Numbered from the stretch's first letter, positions 51,409 to 62,246 are shown. The stretch is DNA of 64,000 nucleotides from Gammaproteobacteria bacterium (GCA_965243395.1 CBDEUS010000002.1:224001-288000), one strand, 5' to 3'. Notes: a model not told the origin generated them from the sequence alone. Made by a program: numbers and translations.

Positions 51409-51711
51409 CTAATTTGGCCAATCTACATCAAATGGAAACGGTCGATCTTCAGTGTTAAACGTAAGGTAAAGAATTATCTGATTTGTGTATGTGGCTAGCG
51501 ATTTACCAAATTCTTTTAATTTGTGATTCGTTTCACCAGTAAACAATACCCAGAAAAACTGCACGACTACAACCGCGCCTACAACTATTCTGGAAATTGA
51601 GTATAAAAACGTGATCACTAACATGAATAACAGACGCATCCAAATCGATTTAGATTTCAAATTCTTCGCTAAAGGAGATTCTTCCGCAGATGGTGATACA
51701 GTTTCGTTCAT
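51409..51711 (-). CDS. DUF4389 family membrane protein
   Basis: W.RLLFM, VQF...LFTG..N..L..FG.SL, YLTFN.E.RPFPF..WP. Confidence 0.85.
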   Translation of the reverse strand: MNETVSPSAEESPLAKNLKSKSIWMRLLFMLVITFLYSISRIVVGAVVVVQFFWVLFTGETNHKLKEFGKSLATYTNQIILYLTFNTEDRPFPFDVDWPN

Positions 51712-51751
51712 AATTAATCCCGTCAATCAATATAGTATGTATATAGATTTT

Positions 51752-51779
51752 ATATTGGGCTGATTTTTTTAATTTCAAG
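51752..51779 (-). promoter_or_regulatory. Sigma32-like promoter upstream of the DUF4389 gene
   Basis: Minus strand CTTGAAA-N13-CCCAATAT, same -35/-10 as the hslV promoter. Confidence 0.6.
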
Positions 51780-51857
51780 GACAGAATTGAGTAAATAAGA
51801 TGTTTGTGTGGCTGTTTTAATCAATTGCGGTCGTTGCAAGATCAATTAACTTTAATC

Positions 51858-51903
51858 GGTTGCATCATCCCTGATGGACGTCTTATTCGCACTTCCCTGT
51901 GCT
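51858..51903 (-). repeat. Dispersed twin-hairpin REP-like element with GGA loops, copy B
   Basis: Minus strand AGCACAGGGAAGTGCGAATAAGACGTCCATCAGGGATGATGCAACC, abutting the recG stop codon. Confidence 0.85.
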
Positions 51904-53987
51904 CATACCTGCCCGAACTCGATTGATTTTCCTAACCAACGCTGAATAACAGCATCCACATTATGCGGGTATTCTTCTAACAATTGTTTTGCGGTTTCCT
52001 GAACCAGAGGAATTAAATCTTGATCCCGCATGATATTCGCTATGCGTAACTGCAGCATGCCCGTTTGACGGGTTCCCAAGACCTCGCCAGGACCGCGAAT
52101 TTCTAAATCAACTTGCGCAATTTTAAAGCCGTCATTGGTATTGCGCATAGTATCAATACGAGTTTTAGCATTATCTGTAAGCGGAGGATCAAACACTAAA
52201 ACACAACTGCTTTCCTCTGTTCCTCTACCTACACGTCCACGTAGCTGATGCAATTGCGCCAAACCAAGACGTTCAGCATTTTCAATAATCATTAAACTTG
52301 CGTTAGGTACATCTACCCCAACTTCAATGACTGTTGTTGCAACTAACAAATCTATTTTTTTTGCTGAAAAATCTTGCATAACAGAATCTTTTTCTTTGCC
52401 TTTCATGCGTCCATGCACTAATCCGACTCTTACACCTCTTAATAATTGACTCAGCTCTCGAAACACATCTTCCGCAGCTTGGCATTGCAGAGCTTCAGAC
52501 TCTTCCACTAAAGTGCATACCCAATATGCTTGTTGTCCATTGCGACACGCATTGGCGACACGATTAACGACTTCCTGGCGACGCTCCATTGGGATGGCAA
52601 TAGTGCTGATCGGTTTCCTTCCAGGAGGTAATTCATCGATCACCGAATAATCTAAATCAGCATAAGCGGTCATGGCTAACGTCCTTGGAATAGGTGTTGC
52701 CGTCATAATAAGTTGATGCGGATGCATGCCTTCCTGAATTCCCTTTTCACGCAATGCTAATCGTTGGTGCACACCAAAACGGTGTTGCTCATCAATTACA
52801 ACTAAAGCCAAATTTTTAAACTCAACTCCATGTTGAAATAAAGCATGCGTACCCACAATGGCATTCGCTGTGCCTGTTGCAATTAGTTCTTTCATTTCAT
52901 TAGCTTTACTTGCTGTAAGTTTTCCGGACAGCCATGCAAGGCGAACGCCTAAGGGCTCAAGCCATTGTGAAAAATTTCGTAAGTGCTGCTCAGCTAAAAT
53001 TTCCGTAGGTGCCATCACAACGGCCTGATATCCTGCTTCGATAACTTGCAGACATGCTGCAATAGCAATCAAGGTTTTTCCGCTCCCTACATCCCCTTGT
53101 ACTAGTCGCAACATTGGTGAATCATTTTCCAAATCTGAGAATACTGTTTTGATGACTCTCTGTTGCGCCTCGGTGAGATCAAACCTCAGCCCATCCAATA
53201 ATTTTTTATAAAGCTGGCCTTTTGCTTGAATAGGCATGGCCGGTTGTTTTTGCATCTGGAGCCTTAACTTGGACAGACTCAGTTGCTGAGCTAACAGCTC
53301 TTCAAACGATAAACGCCGCTGCATAGCATGCTTGCCAGCGGCTAGTGCCTCCGTATCCGCTTCGGGTGGTGGGCGATGTACAAACTTCAAGGCTTCAACA
53401 ATGCAAACGGTTTGCCCGTCAATGAGTGGCGGTGTTGGGAGTAAATCTAGCTGTGGTGCATTATTTTTACTAATCCACTGCAAAGCTTGTGAGGTTAAGC
53501 GACGCAAACTGAGTTGGTGCAAGCCTTCTGTGGTGGCATATATGGGAGTTAAATGATCTTCAACTTTTGCAGGTTCATCCGGATGTAACAATTCATATTC
53601 AGGGTGCACCATTTCGGGCCCCTTAATTCCTTGGCGAATCTCTCCAAAACACCTTATTTTGCTACCCCGACTTAAATTCTCACGTTGGGTTTTATTGAAG
53701 TAAAAGAACCTTAATAAAACCCTGCCGGTACCGTCATCAACACTTACCAACAGCATACGTCGTTTGCGATATACCACTTCACTATGTTCAATATTACCGA
53801 TCACTACACATTCTTCACCTGCACGAAGTGCTGCAACAGGTCTAATGCGTGTGCGGTCTTGATAGCGAATAGGCAAATGAAACAACAAATCTTGTACGGT
53901 GTAGATTTGTATTTTTTGCAAGCGTTCTGCGACTTTAGGCCCCACACCCTTCAGTGCAGTAACCTCTGGGAAAGATTCTTTACTCAA
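51903..53987 (-). CDS. recG: ATP-dependent DNA helicase RecG
   Basis: QGDVGSGKT, DEQHRFG, MTATPIPRT, QLRGRVGRG. Confidence 0.98.
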   Translation of the reverse strand: MSKESFPEVTALKGVGPKVAERLQKIQIYTVQDLLFHLPIRYQDRTRIRPVAALRAGEECVVIGNIEHSEVVYRKRRMLLVSVDDGTGRVLLRFFYFNKTQRENLSRGSKIRCFGEIRQGIKGPEMVHPEYELLHPDEPAKVEDHLTPIYATTEGLHQLSLRRLTSQALQWISKNNAPQLDLLPTPPLIDGQTVCIVEALKFVHRPPPEADTEALAAGKHAMQRRLSFEELLAQQLSLSKLRLQMQKQPAMPIQAKGQLYKKLLDGLRFDLTEAQQRVIKTVFSDLENDSPMLRLVQGDVGSGKTLIAIAACLQVIEAGYQAVVMAPTEILAEQHLRNFSQWLEPLGVRLAWLSGKLTASKANEMKELIATGTANAIVGTHALFQHGVEFKNLALVVIDEQHRFGVHQRLALREKGIQEGMHPHQLIMTATPIPRTLAMTAYADLDYSVIDELPPGRKPISTIAIPMERRQEVVNRVANACRNGQQAYWVCTLVEESEALQCQAAEDVFRELSQLLRGVRVGLVHGRMKGKEKDSVMQDFSAKKIDLLVATTVIEVGVDVPNASLMIIENAERLGLAQLHQLRGRVGRGTEESSCVLVFDPPLTDNAKTRIDTMRNTNDGFKIAQVDLEIRGPGEVLGTRQTGMLQLRIANIMRDQDLIPLVQETAKQLLEEYPHNVDAVIQRWLGKSIEFGQV

Positions 53988-54026
53988 ATGTCGAATTGGA
54001 ATTATCTAGGAAATTTGTATGTTGAA

Positions 54027-54410
54027 TTAATCCAATTGCATAATGGCATCCATTTCTATATCAACACCTTTCGGCAACGATGCCACACCCACAGCAGCTC
54101 TTGCTGGATACGGTTCTGAGAAATGTTCTGCCATAACTTCGTTTACTAAAGGAAAATGACTAAGGTCTGTCAGGAAAATATTTAATTTTACAAATTTATC
54201 TAATGACCCGCCCGCGGCCTGCGCAACCGATTGTAAGTTTTCAAATACTCGATTTATTTGTACACGCATATCGCCCTCAATAACTTCCATAGAGACAGGA
54301 TCAAGTGGAATTTGACCAGAAAGATAAACCGTTTGATCTATTTTGATAGCTTGTGAATAGGTGCCGATTGCTTGAGGTGCTTTATCTGTTGCGATAATTT
54401 CACGACTCAT
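54027..54410 (-). CDS. RidA (YjgF/UK114) family enamine deaminase
   Basis: [26 protein letters not shown]. Confidence 0.94.
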   Translation of the reverse strand: MSREIIATDKAPQAIGTYSQAIKIDQTVYLSGQIPLDPVSMEVIEGDMRVQINRVFENLQSVAQAAGGSLDKFVKLNIFLTDLSHFPLVNEVMAEHFSEPYPARAAVGVASLPKGVDIEMDAIMQLD

Positions 54411-54441
54411 TTTACTCTCCTTAGTGTTTTTTATTTTTTAA

Positions 54442-56622
54442 TTAATTACGTTTTACTTTATAAACCTGTGGAACATTTTTTATTGTGCGCATGATGCGGG
54501 CTAAATGAACACGATCTTTAACTGTAAGTAGTACGGTTAATGTAGTTGTTGAGCCTAACTTTTCATTAAATACAATATTTTCGATATTAGATCCTTCTTC
54601 TGAAATCGTCGTAGCTACCAATGCAAGCGCACCGGGTTCATTAGCAGTACGTACAGAAATTTCAGCAGTAAACTCTTTACTAATATCATTTGCCCAATAA
54701 ACATGAATCCATTTATCACGGCTTGTAGTTTTGCGTTTGGTGTTTTTACATTTGATGTGATGCACAACTAATCCCTTACCAGCGGTCATGATTCCTATAA
54801 TCGGATCACCAGGAATCGGATAGCAGCATTTACCAAACTTTACTACCATACCTTCCGTTCCACGTATGGCTAACGGATGTTTGCTTTCACTCTTGCGTCG
54901 TAACTTAATCCAGCTTCCTCGTAATGATTCAATATGTTTCGCAACAAAAGGTGCCATGCGGTCACCTAAACCAATTTCTGTAAACAATTGTTGCTCCGAG
55001 TCAAGCTGTAAATCTTTGAGTAGATTGCTTTGTTCACGACTGCTGATTTCTTGCCAAGATTTGTCATAACTTCGCAAGGCCTGATTGAGCAAGCGTTTAC
55101 CGAGCTCCGCTGCTTCACTCTTTTGTAGATTCTTAAGAAAACTGCGTATATTGGAACGCGCTTTAGCGGTTACAATAAAATTCAACCAGGCTGGATTAGG
55201 CCGACCACTCGGTGATGTGACAATTTCTACCGTTTGCCCATTTTGTAAGATAGTACTTAATGGTTCTAAACGACGATTTATTTTTGCCGCTACACATTGA
55301 TTACCAATATCCGTATGCACCGCATAGGCAAAATCAATGGTCGTTGAATTGATAGGCAACTCCATAATGTCCCCTGCAGGTGTAAACACATATATCTCAT
55401 CCCGATACAGATCAACTTTTACACTTTCTAGAAACTCTAAAGAACTACCTGAACGGTGCTGCATTTCAGAAACGGTATTTAACCACTCACGAGTACGTTT
55501 CTGTGGCGCATTCTGTTCATTGCTAGCAACTTTATACATCCAATGTGCTGCAATACCTGATTGTGCAACTTGATCCATTTCTTCGGAGCGGACTTGCACT
55601 TCTATAGGCATACCTTTAGGGCCAAATAGAATGGTATGCAAAGACTGATAAGCATTTTTTTTGGGAATTGCAATATAGTCTTTAAATTTACCTGGTACAG
55701 GTTTGTATAAGTTATGGATTACTCCAATTACACGATAACAAGTGTCTACGTCATCGACGATAATCCTAAAAGCAAACACATCAAACACTTCCGAAAACTG
55801 TAGCCGTTTTTCTTGCATTTTTCGATAAATGCTGAAGATGTTTTTTTCACGCCCAATTATTCGACTAACAATATTTGCTTGCTCTAATCGCTCACAAATA
55901 TTCTTTTCAACTTCCTGGATTAATGCATCCCGGTTAATATTATTTCGCCGAATGGCATCCTTGAGAACTCTATAGCGCAGTGGCCACAAGTATTTAAACG
56001 ATAGTGCTTCTAATTCAACGCGTAAATCATGCATACCTAATCGCAATGCAATGGGCGCATAGATATCCAATGTTTCACGTGCGATACGTTTACGTTTTTT
56101 TTCCGGCATCACTTCAATCGTGCGCATATTATGTAAACGATCTGCGAGCTTTATAATGATTACTCGCACATCCTTCACCATGGCGAGCATCATTTTGCGA
56201 AAATTTTCTGCCTGCGCTTCAAGTTTTGACTCAAACTCAAGATGAGTAAGTTTGCTGACACCATCGACCAGTTCAGCCACATCATTACCAAACTCTAGTT
56301 TCACCTGCTCTTTTGCTGTTTCAGTATCTTCGATTACATCGTGCAGAATAGCTGCCTGTATAGTTTGTGCATCCATATGCATTTCTGTTAAGACTTTAGC
56401 TACGGAAAGCGGATGATATATATATGGTTCGCCCGTCAATCGCGTTTGACCTTCATGTGCACTAGCACTGAAAAGATATGCTTTATAAATTTTCTTTACT
56501 TGCTCTGGCGGTAAGTAGTTATCAAGCAACGCACATAAATCGCCAATTAAAAAACGCGAAGACTGCTTACTGGGAATGTTAGCTCCAGTAGTCTGATGAT
56601 TTGACTCAGCGACAGAGGCCAT
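54442..56622 (-). CDS. spoT: Bifunctional (p)ppGpp synthetase/hydrolase
   Basis: Intact HD hydrolase (LHDVIED), KLADRLHN, YQSLHT, TGS and ACT domains; rpoZ-spoT synteny. Confidence 0.96.
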   Translation of the reverse strand: MASVAESNHQTTGANIPSKQSSRFLIGDLCALLDNYLPPEQVKKIYKAYLFSASAHEGQTRLTGEPYIYHPLSVAKVLTEMHMDAQTIQAAILHDVIEDTETAKEQVKLEFGNDVAELVDGVSKLTHLEFESKLEAQAENFRKMMLAMVKDVRVIIIKLADRLHNMRTIEVMPEKKRKRIARETLDIYAPIALRLGMHDLRVELEALSFKYLWPLRYRVLKDAIRRNNINRDALIQEVEKNICERLEQANIVSRIIGREKNIFSIYRKMQEKRLQFSEVFDVFAFRIIVDDVDTCYRVIGVIHNLYKPVPGKFKDYIAIPKKNAYQSLHTILFGPKGMPIEVQVRSEEMDQVAQSGIAAHWMYKVASNEQNAPQKRTREWLNTVSEMQHRSGSSLEFLESVKVDLYRDEIYVFTPAGDIMELPINSTTIDFAYAVHTDIGNQCVAAKINRRLEPLSTILQNGQTVEIVTSPSGRPNPAWLNFIVTAKARSNIRSFLKNLQKSEAAELGKRLLNQALRSYDKSWQEISSREQSNLLKDLQLDSEQQLFTEIGLGDRMAPFVAKHIESLRGSWIKLRRKSESKHPLAIRGTEGMVVKFGKCCYPIPGDPIIGIMTAGKGLVVHHIKCKNTKRKTTSRDKWIHVYWANDISKEFTAEISVRTANEPGALALVATTISEEGSNIENIVFNEKLGSTTTLTVLLTVKDRVHLARIMRTIKNVPQVYKVKRN

Positions 56623-56657
56623 ATTTATTTGCCGCTGTGAGAAGTGCCTACCCTAGT

Positions 56658-57233
56658 TTATAGATCTCCATCCGTAGACGTATCAGAACTTGGAAGTGGA
56701 ATTCCATAGTCACTGGATGGGTCATTAGATGTATCACTAGGTGGTTCATCCGTTGAAGGAATTTCTGGAGTTGCCGGAGGGGTGTCTGAACTCGCGGCAA
56801 GTTCTTTTGCAAGTAAAGATTCCATTGATTCCATCGCTGGAGGTTCTGCTGGTGTTTCGGCAGGAGTGCTACTAAACGGATTACTTATTTGTTCTTGCTG
56901 AGGTGGTTCGCTTGGTTGACTCGCAAGCTGTCCTTCTGGAGCAGGTTGGTTAAGTTCACGACTGATCTCAGCATGGAGTGCAGCAGCAAGATCATCTTCA
57001 TCAAATGGGAGATCTTCCTCTACTGGTTCAGCTAACGCTGCCTGCATCATTTCTTCGTTAACTAGACCAAGCTCAATTTCACGTAATGCAACGACGGTAG
57101 GTTTATCATTTTCCCATTCAACTAATGGCTCAGTGCCCATAGAAAGTTGACGTGCTCGCTTACTTGCTAACAACACTAATTTAAAGCGGTTTTCTACATG
57201 CTCAAGGCAATCTTCTACCGTAACGCGGGCCAT
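56658..57233 (-). CDS. rpoZ: RNA polymerase omega subunit with long acidic, Pro-rich C-terminal tail
   Basis: [32 protein letters not shown]; 191 aa. Confidence 0.96.
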   Translation of the reverse strand: MARVTVEDCLEHVENRFKLVLLASKRARQLSMGTEPLVEWENDKPTVVALREIELGLVNEEMMQAALAEPVEEDLPFDEDDLAAALHAEISRELNQPAPEGQLASQPSEPPQQEQISNPFSSTPAETPAEPPAMESMESLLAKELAASSDTPPATPEIPSTDEPPSDTSNDPSSDYGIPLPSSDTSTDGDL

Positions 57234-57305
57234 AAATAGATACTCCTAAATATTCAAATAATCACAATTTAGCCGAGTGAGTTTAGCGAATTTGCTTGTC
57301 AGCAT

Positions 57306-57977
<672 letters not shown>

Positions 57978-57990
57978 TTAAATCATACAC

Positions 57991-58023
57991 AAAAGAAAAT
58001 GGCTCCGCATAGCGAAGCCATTT
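57991..58023 (-). terminator. Intrinsic terminator of the OmpA-family gene
   Basis: Minus strand AAATGGCTTCGC-TAT-GCGGAGCCATTTTCTTTT. Confidence 0.8.
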
Positions 58024-58042
58024 AAAGTAATCTATTTTTTAA

Positions 58043-58720
58043 TTAACTATTGGTAAGAGGGACTAGAGCAATCTCAACTCTTCGATTTAGACTACGGCCA
58101 TTTGCATCATCATTACTCGCAACTGGATAATCTTCACCATAACCATATGTCGCAAGACGAAGCGGTTGAATTTCTCTACTTTGAAAATATTGAGAAACTG
58201 CATTTGCGCGTTTTTCAGAGAGTCTCTGATTGTATTCATTAGACCCCGTGCTATCAGTATGGCCCATGACTTCAACGAGTGTTTTATCAAATTCATCCAC
58301 AACTATCGTGACAGAATCTAAAACTGCAAAGAAATCACCATTAATATCTGCACTATCTGTAGCAAATGTAACATTGCCTGGCATATTTAAAATAATATTA
58401 TCGCCATCACGTGTAACACTTACGCCTGTGCCAGAAAGTTTTTGTCGCAGCTTCGCTTCCTGCACATCCATATAATAACCCACTGCACCACCTGCTAATG
58501 CACCTACACCTGCACCAATTAATGCATGTTTACGACGTTCACGACTATCATCGCCAGTAATTAAACCAACGACTGCACCTGTTGCCGCTCCTGCTCCAGC
58601 ACCGATAACAGCTTTGCTTGTTTGTTTTTCACCTGTATATGGATTGATAGTAGTACAGGCAGAAAGCCCCACTAAAATCATAATGAGTCCTACAATATTT
58701 GCTTTAGATAATATTTTCAT
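58043..58720 (-). CDS. OmpA-family lipoprotein with glycine zipper (YiaD-like)
   Basis: Lipobox LSAC, NPYTGE, Gly zipper, GHTD..G...N..LS..RA, NRRVEI. Confidence 0.93.
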   Translation of the reverse strand: MKILSKANIVGLIMILVGLSACTTINPYTGEKQTSKAVIGAGAGAATGAVVGLITGDDSRERRKHALIGAGVGALAGGAVGYYMDVQEAKLRQKLSGTGVSVTRDGDNIILNMPGNVTFATDSADINGDFFAVLDSVTIVVDEFDKTLVEVMGHTDSTGSNEYNQRLSEKRANAVSQYFQSREIQPLRLATYGYGEDYPVASNDDANGRSLNRRVEIALVPLTNS

Positions 58721-59102
58721 TATCGCCTCCTTTTGCAAACAACTCTTACGAGCCGATTTACTTTAAATTAGTAAATCTTTCCTCTGGTGTTAAGTTGACC
58801 CTATTTACTAAGACATTAACTCATTTTCTAGGTTCAGAGATTTATAGATTATTATCTCGCAGCTGGTCGTAAATAATTGCCATTCATAGATCCATATATC
58901 GGCCTTTATCTGCCATGTATCTACTGCCTTTTTTGGATGGTTTAACATGTCTGCAAATGACGTCAAAATATTCTAAGGAATTTAATTTAAAGAAGTTTTT
59001 TGTGCTCAGGGCGATATTTCTGTAGCCAGAACGCCTTAATAGATAAGTATCGCTTAGAAAAATAATGATAAGTATTTAGAACATAAATTTAATCGTTTAT
59101 AC

Positions 59103-59696
59103 ATGCAACAAAACCTAATAACTAAAATACGTGAGTATCTACCGGAAATTGATGTTAATGCATTAAGTTTCGATATCGATGAACATCCTTACGAAAATGA
59201 TTTAGACCAGTCTATCGAGAATATTAAGATTTGGTCTCATACCGTTTTGGAAAAAGCTAAGCTTCCAATAGCCGTGTCAGAAGCAAAAGCGTTAACAACC
59301 AAATATGGCCTGGAAACAAATGAAGGATGTGCATTACAAATGGTGGTTGAATTAGATGCAGTAAATAAATCCATTGAAAATAAAGATGCATCGACGGCAG
59401 CACTTGCAAGCATGAAATTATTTGAAGCCGTTTGGCACAGCTCGATTCTTAGAGATGCTAATGACAGCGGTATACACAAAACATCTAAAAAAGAAGCTAA
59501 AGCTTCTGACGCAACACCAAATAAAATTTCAGATAAAAAATCTCCTGATCAAAAGCTAAAGCACTATCAAAAAACTATTAATGATTTAAGAGACAAATAC
59601 CCACACTGTAATGTGAATGCATTGCGATTATTAGCTGCCACGCGTCTAAACGTATCCAAACAAGAATTAGACGATCTTGAAATATCCCCACAATAA
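59103..59696 (+). CDS. Hypothetical protein, paralog A (C-terminal HTH-like domain)
   Basis: 197-aa ORF sharing three sequence blocks with the downstream gene. Confidence 0.8.
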   Translation: MQQNLITKIREYLPEIDVNALSFDIDEHPYENDLDQSIENIKIWSHTVLEKAKLPIAVSEAKALTTKYGLETNEGCALQMVVELDAVNKSIENKDASTAALASMKLFEAVWHSSILRDANDSGIHKTSKKEAKASDATPNKISDKKSPDQKLKHYQKTINDLRDKYPHCNVNALRLLAATRLNVSKQELDDLEISPQ

Positions 59697-59714
59697 TTTT
59701 TAAAGTAACTGATA

Positions 59715-60899
59715 GTGCCAGCACCAAATCATAATGACGACTTATTCAGCGCTTCTTTAGAATCGTTATCAACGAGTAAGCGTGTTGACAAGTTTCAACG
59801 TTTCAAAAATGACTATCTTCGTGAGTGTAATGCAACATTAAATAATGCTCAGGAATGGATAAAAGCTGAGCTTCCTATTGTTACAGACTATATTGACCCT
59901 GCACTTATCAAGGATGAACTAAGACAATCAAAAACCTCTGATCGACGCAAATATTTATTATCCGCTTTGTTGCTCGAAAAAAGTCTAAGAGATTCTATAG
60001 ATAACAATGATGCAAAGAAGGCTGCAGTCATGGCCATGCATATGGTAAATAATATGTGGCTTGCAAAAGTAGAATTACATGGTTTACAACCTATGGATTC
60101 TACTATACAAAAAATTAAACACTCTGGAATAGACACTCATAATGATGCACGTGAAAAAATTCTTACGTCGTTAATTGAAAAAAGTGAAAAACTAAACAAA
60201 GAATCACAAATTCAAGAAAAGAATGCTCCTTCTAAGCAACCGCCAAAGAAAAGTACCAAACCAGCAAAGAAACCTAAGACACCAAATAAGAAGAAGGTAG
60301 ACACTTGGGCTGAGGAAGTAGAACAGGATAAAAAAAGAAAACTGGCTGCACTTGCTAAAAAGAGTGAATTAAAGAATCTATCTAAGAAAAAAGCTGCGAG
60401 CGTATTATCTAAAGTTAAAACTAAATTACCTTTAATTAAAAAAGGTAAAAAAAGCTCAACTAAACTTACTGATAATCAGGTCGACGATAGTAATCAAACA
60501 TTTAATGAAGAATTATTAGATGATCCTAACCGATCATCAATTATGGTAAGTCCGGGGTTTATTGAAAATATTGATGATTCAATTATTAAAGCACGTGAAG
60601 AAGTCTTTAAAGACCCAAATGCATCTGGCGTCAAAGTTCATAAACTTTTAAAAAAGCGTGAACATGAAAAACAAGAGCCGGGCTCAAATACTATCATTAT
60701 GAAATTGTCTTCAAGTTCAGGTAAAAAATCTGGAGCCAAGTTATCCATACCTGAACAATGCCAAGAGGCTATTAATATACTTACTGAGCAATTCCCAGGC
60801 TATGATATGGTTGCGATACGAAATATGGCAGCTGAGAAAGTGGGTGTATCGCCACAATATATTGAAAACTTGAATATTCTTCCTGAGAAAGCGGGTTAA
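59715..60899 (+). CDS. Hypothetical protein, paralog B (Lys-rich linker, C-terminal HTH-like domain)
   Basis: 394-aa ORF with GTG start 18 nt after paralog A; AAEKVGVSPQYI HTH-like motif. Confidence 0.8.
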   Translation: MPAPNHNDDLFSASLESLSTSKRVDKFQRFKNDYLRECNATLNNAQEWIKAELPIVTDYIDPALIKDELRQSKTSDRRKYLLSALLLEKSLRDSIDNNDAKKAAVMAMHMVNNMWLAKVELHGLQPMDSTIQKIKHSGIDTHNDAREKILTSLIEKSEKLNKESQIQEKNAPSKQPPKKSTKPAKKPKTPNKKKVDTWAEEVEQDKKRKLAALAKKSELKNLSKKKAASVLSKVKTKLPLIKKGKKSSTKLTDNQVDDSNQTFNEELLDDPNRSSIMVSPGFIENIDDSIIKAREEVFKDPNASGVKVHKLLKKREHEKQEPGSNTIIMKLSSSSGKKSGAKLSIPEQCQEAINILTEQFPGYDMVAIRNMAAEKVGVSPQYIENLNILPEKAG

Positions 60900-60905
60900 G
60901 CACTT

Positions 60906-62207
60906 TTATTGAGTCACAGGATTAGCGTATTGGAAGGCATGATCCCAAATATAATCTAATATATATTTTGCGGTTTCTATATCACACGCTTGAAAATCCC
61001 CATCTGATAATTTTTCAACTAAAGCTTTTTCCTCACCGTTAGGCATACGCGCGCTAAGATCTTGCAATTGCTGCAATGATCGATGCACATCAATATCTGT
61101 ATTAACTGAAAACTCTCTTTCTACCCAGGCATTAACCATTTTTTGCACTCGTTCTTGATTAAAAGAATGATCCTCGGCCAGCATTAATGCATAAATCAAA
61201 ATGGCTTCTTTACTTTGTTCCTCTTCTGCAGTATCCACAATTGCATTTAAAGTTCCCTGACAAATATCTAAGCTTTTGAAAAATAATACATCGGTTACTT
61301 TCTTTAAAAACTCTAATCGTTTGCTTTTATATTTAACATATTGACGTACAGCAAAGCCGCCTAAAGCCAATGAGGTTGAAAGCACTGCAACTAAAAGCGG
61401 GTATACTGCCTTGGCATCACTAATATCAACGTCAAATTTACCGCCTAGATTCCACCCAAATACAAGCAATGCAATTGCACCAATTAATAATCCTATGCTT
61501 GGTAAAACTTTTATAACCATTGGTATTGCCGCGCCTAAAGCAGGCACACCTAACAAAAGTTTGTCTTTTAAGTTCATACTAATTTTAACATTAGGAAATA
61601 GTAGCTCTAGGTCATAGTGAGGGATATTTTTATATAAATACAAATAGACCTTTCCAGGAATGAAATTTAATTTCTCTTTATTATTTTTTTTCGTATCAAA
61701 ATAATCTTGATCTTTCATATGTAATAAAACGGCTACTCGATCATAATTTTCAAAAGTTATTTTCTTTTTTCTAAAAAAACGCTTTACAGTTACTTCTTTA
61801 GTACTACTACCTCGATAAAACATCTTCACTTGCTTATAATCATTTAGCTCTACTTTTGTATTTACTGGCACAAGTGAAAAAGCAGAAAATGCCTTCTCAA
61901 TATCTTTTTGCTGCAATTGATGAAAATTGGCGTCACGTAATGTACTGCTGAATGTTTCAGCTAATATTTCAGCTTGGAGCTTTTTATCTTCTTCATTTAA
62001 TTTCGGATAAACAGGAATTTCTAAGTTAGGATTGAAATGCGAATAGGCTTGTTTCATTTGCTCCAATTTGCTTTGCGTAACAAAGTGGATATACGCATTT
62101 AGAATTTCAGCAAATGCATAAAATTGCTGTTTTTGATTTGTACTCAAACCTGCATGATCCACGCACTTATTTATCAATACATGTCGACTACAGGGTATAT
62201 GCTGCAT
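60906..62207 (-). CDS. DUF3754/TMEM143 family membrane protein
   Basis: YKNIP..DLELLFPN motif, two TM segments, L.FK, D.AEEE..KEAIL.Y, WD..F. Confidence 0.8.
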   Translation of the reverse strand: MQHIPCSRHVLINKCVDHAGLSTNQKQQFYAFAEILNAYIHFVTQSKLEQMKQAYSHFNPNLEIPVYPKLNEEDKKLQAEILAETFSSTLRDANFHQLQQKDIEKAFSAFSLVPVNTKVELNDYKQVKMFYRGSSTKEVTVKRFFRKKKITFENYDRVAVLLHMKDQDYFDTKKNNKEKLNFIPGKVYLYLYKNIPHYDLELLFPNVKISMNLKDKLLLGVPALGAAIPMVIKVLPSIGLLIGAIALLVFGWNLGGKFDVDISDAKAVYPLLVAVLSTSLALGGFAVRQYVKYKSKRLEFLKKVTDVLFFKSLDICQGTLNAIVDTAEEEQSKEAILIYALMLAEDHSFNQERVQKMVNAWVEREFSVNTDIDVHRSLQQLQDLSARMPNGEEKALVEKLSDGDFQACDIETAKYILDYIWDHAFQYANPVTQ

Positions 62208-62246
62208 GTTATGCTAATTCGTTTAAATAAAAGTAAATTCAGAAAC

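Noticed and set aside
58808-58948. 46-codon minus-strand ORF (MLNHPKKAV...) upstream of the OmpA gene
   Set aside because: No clear RBS or recognisable composition; chance ORF likely.
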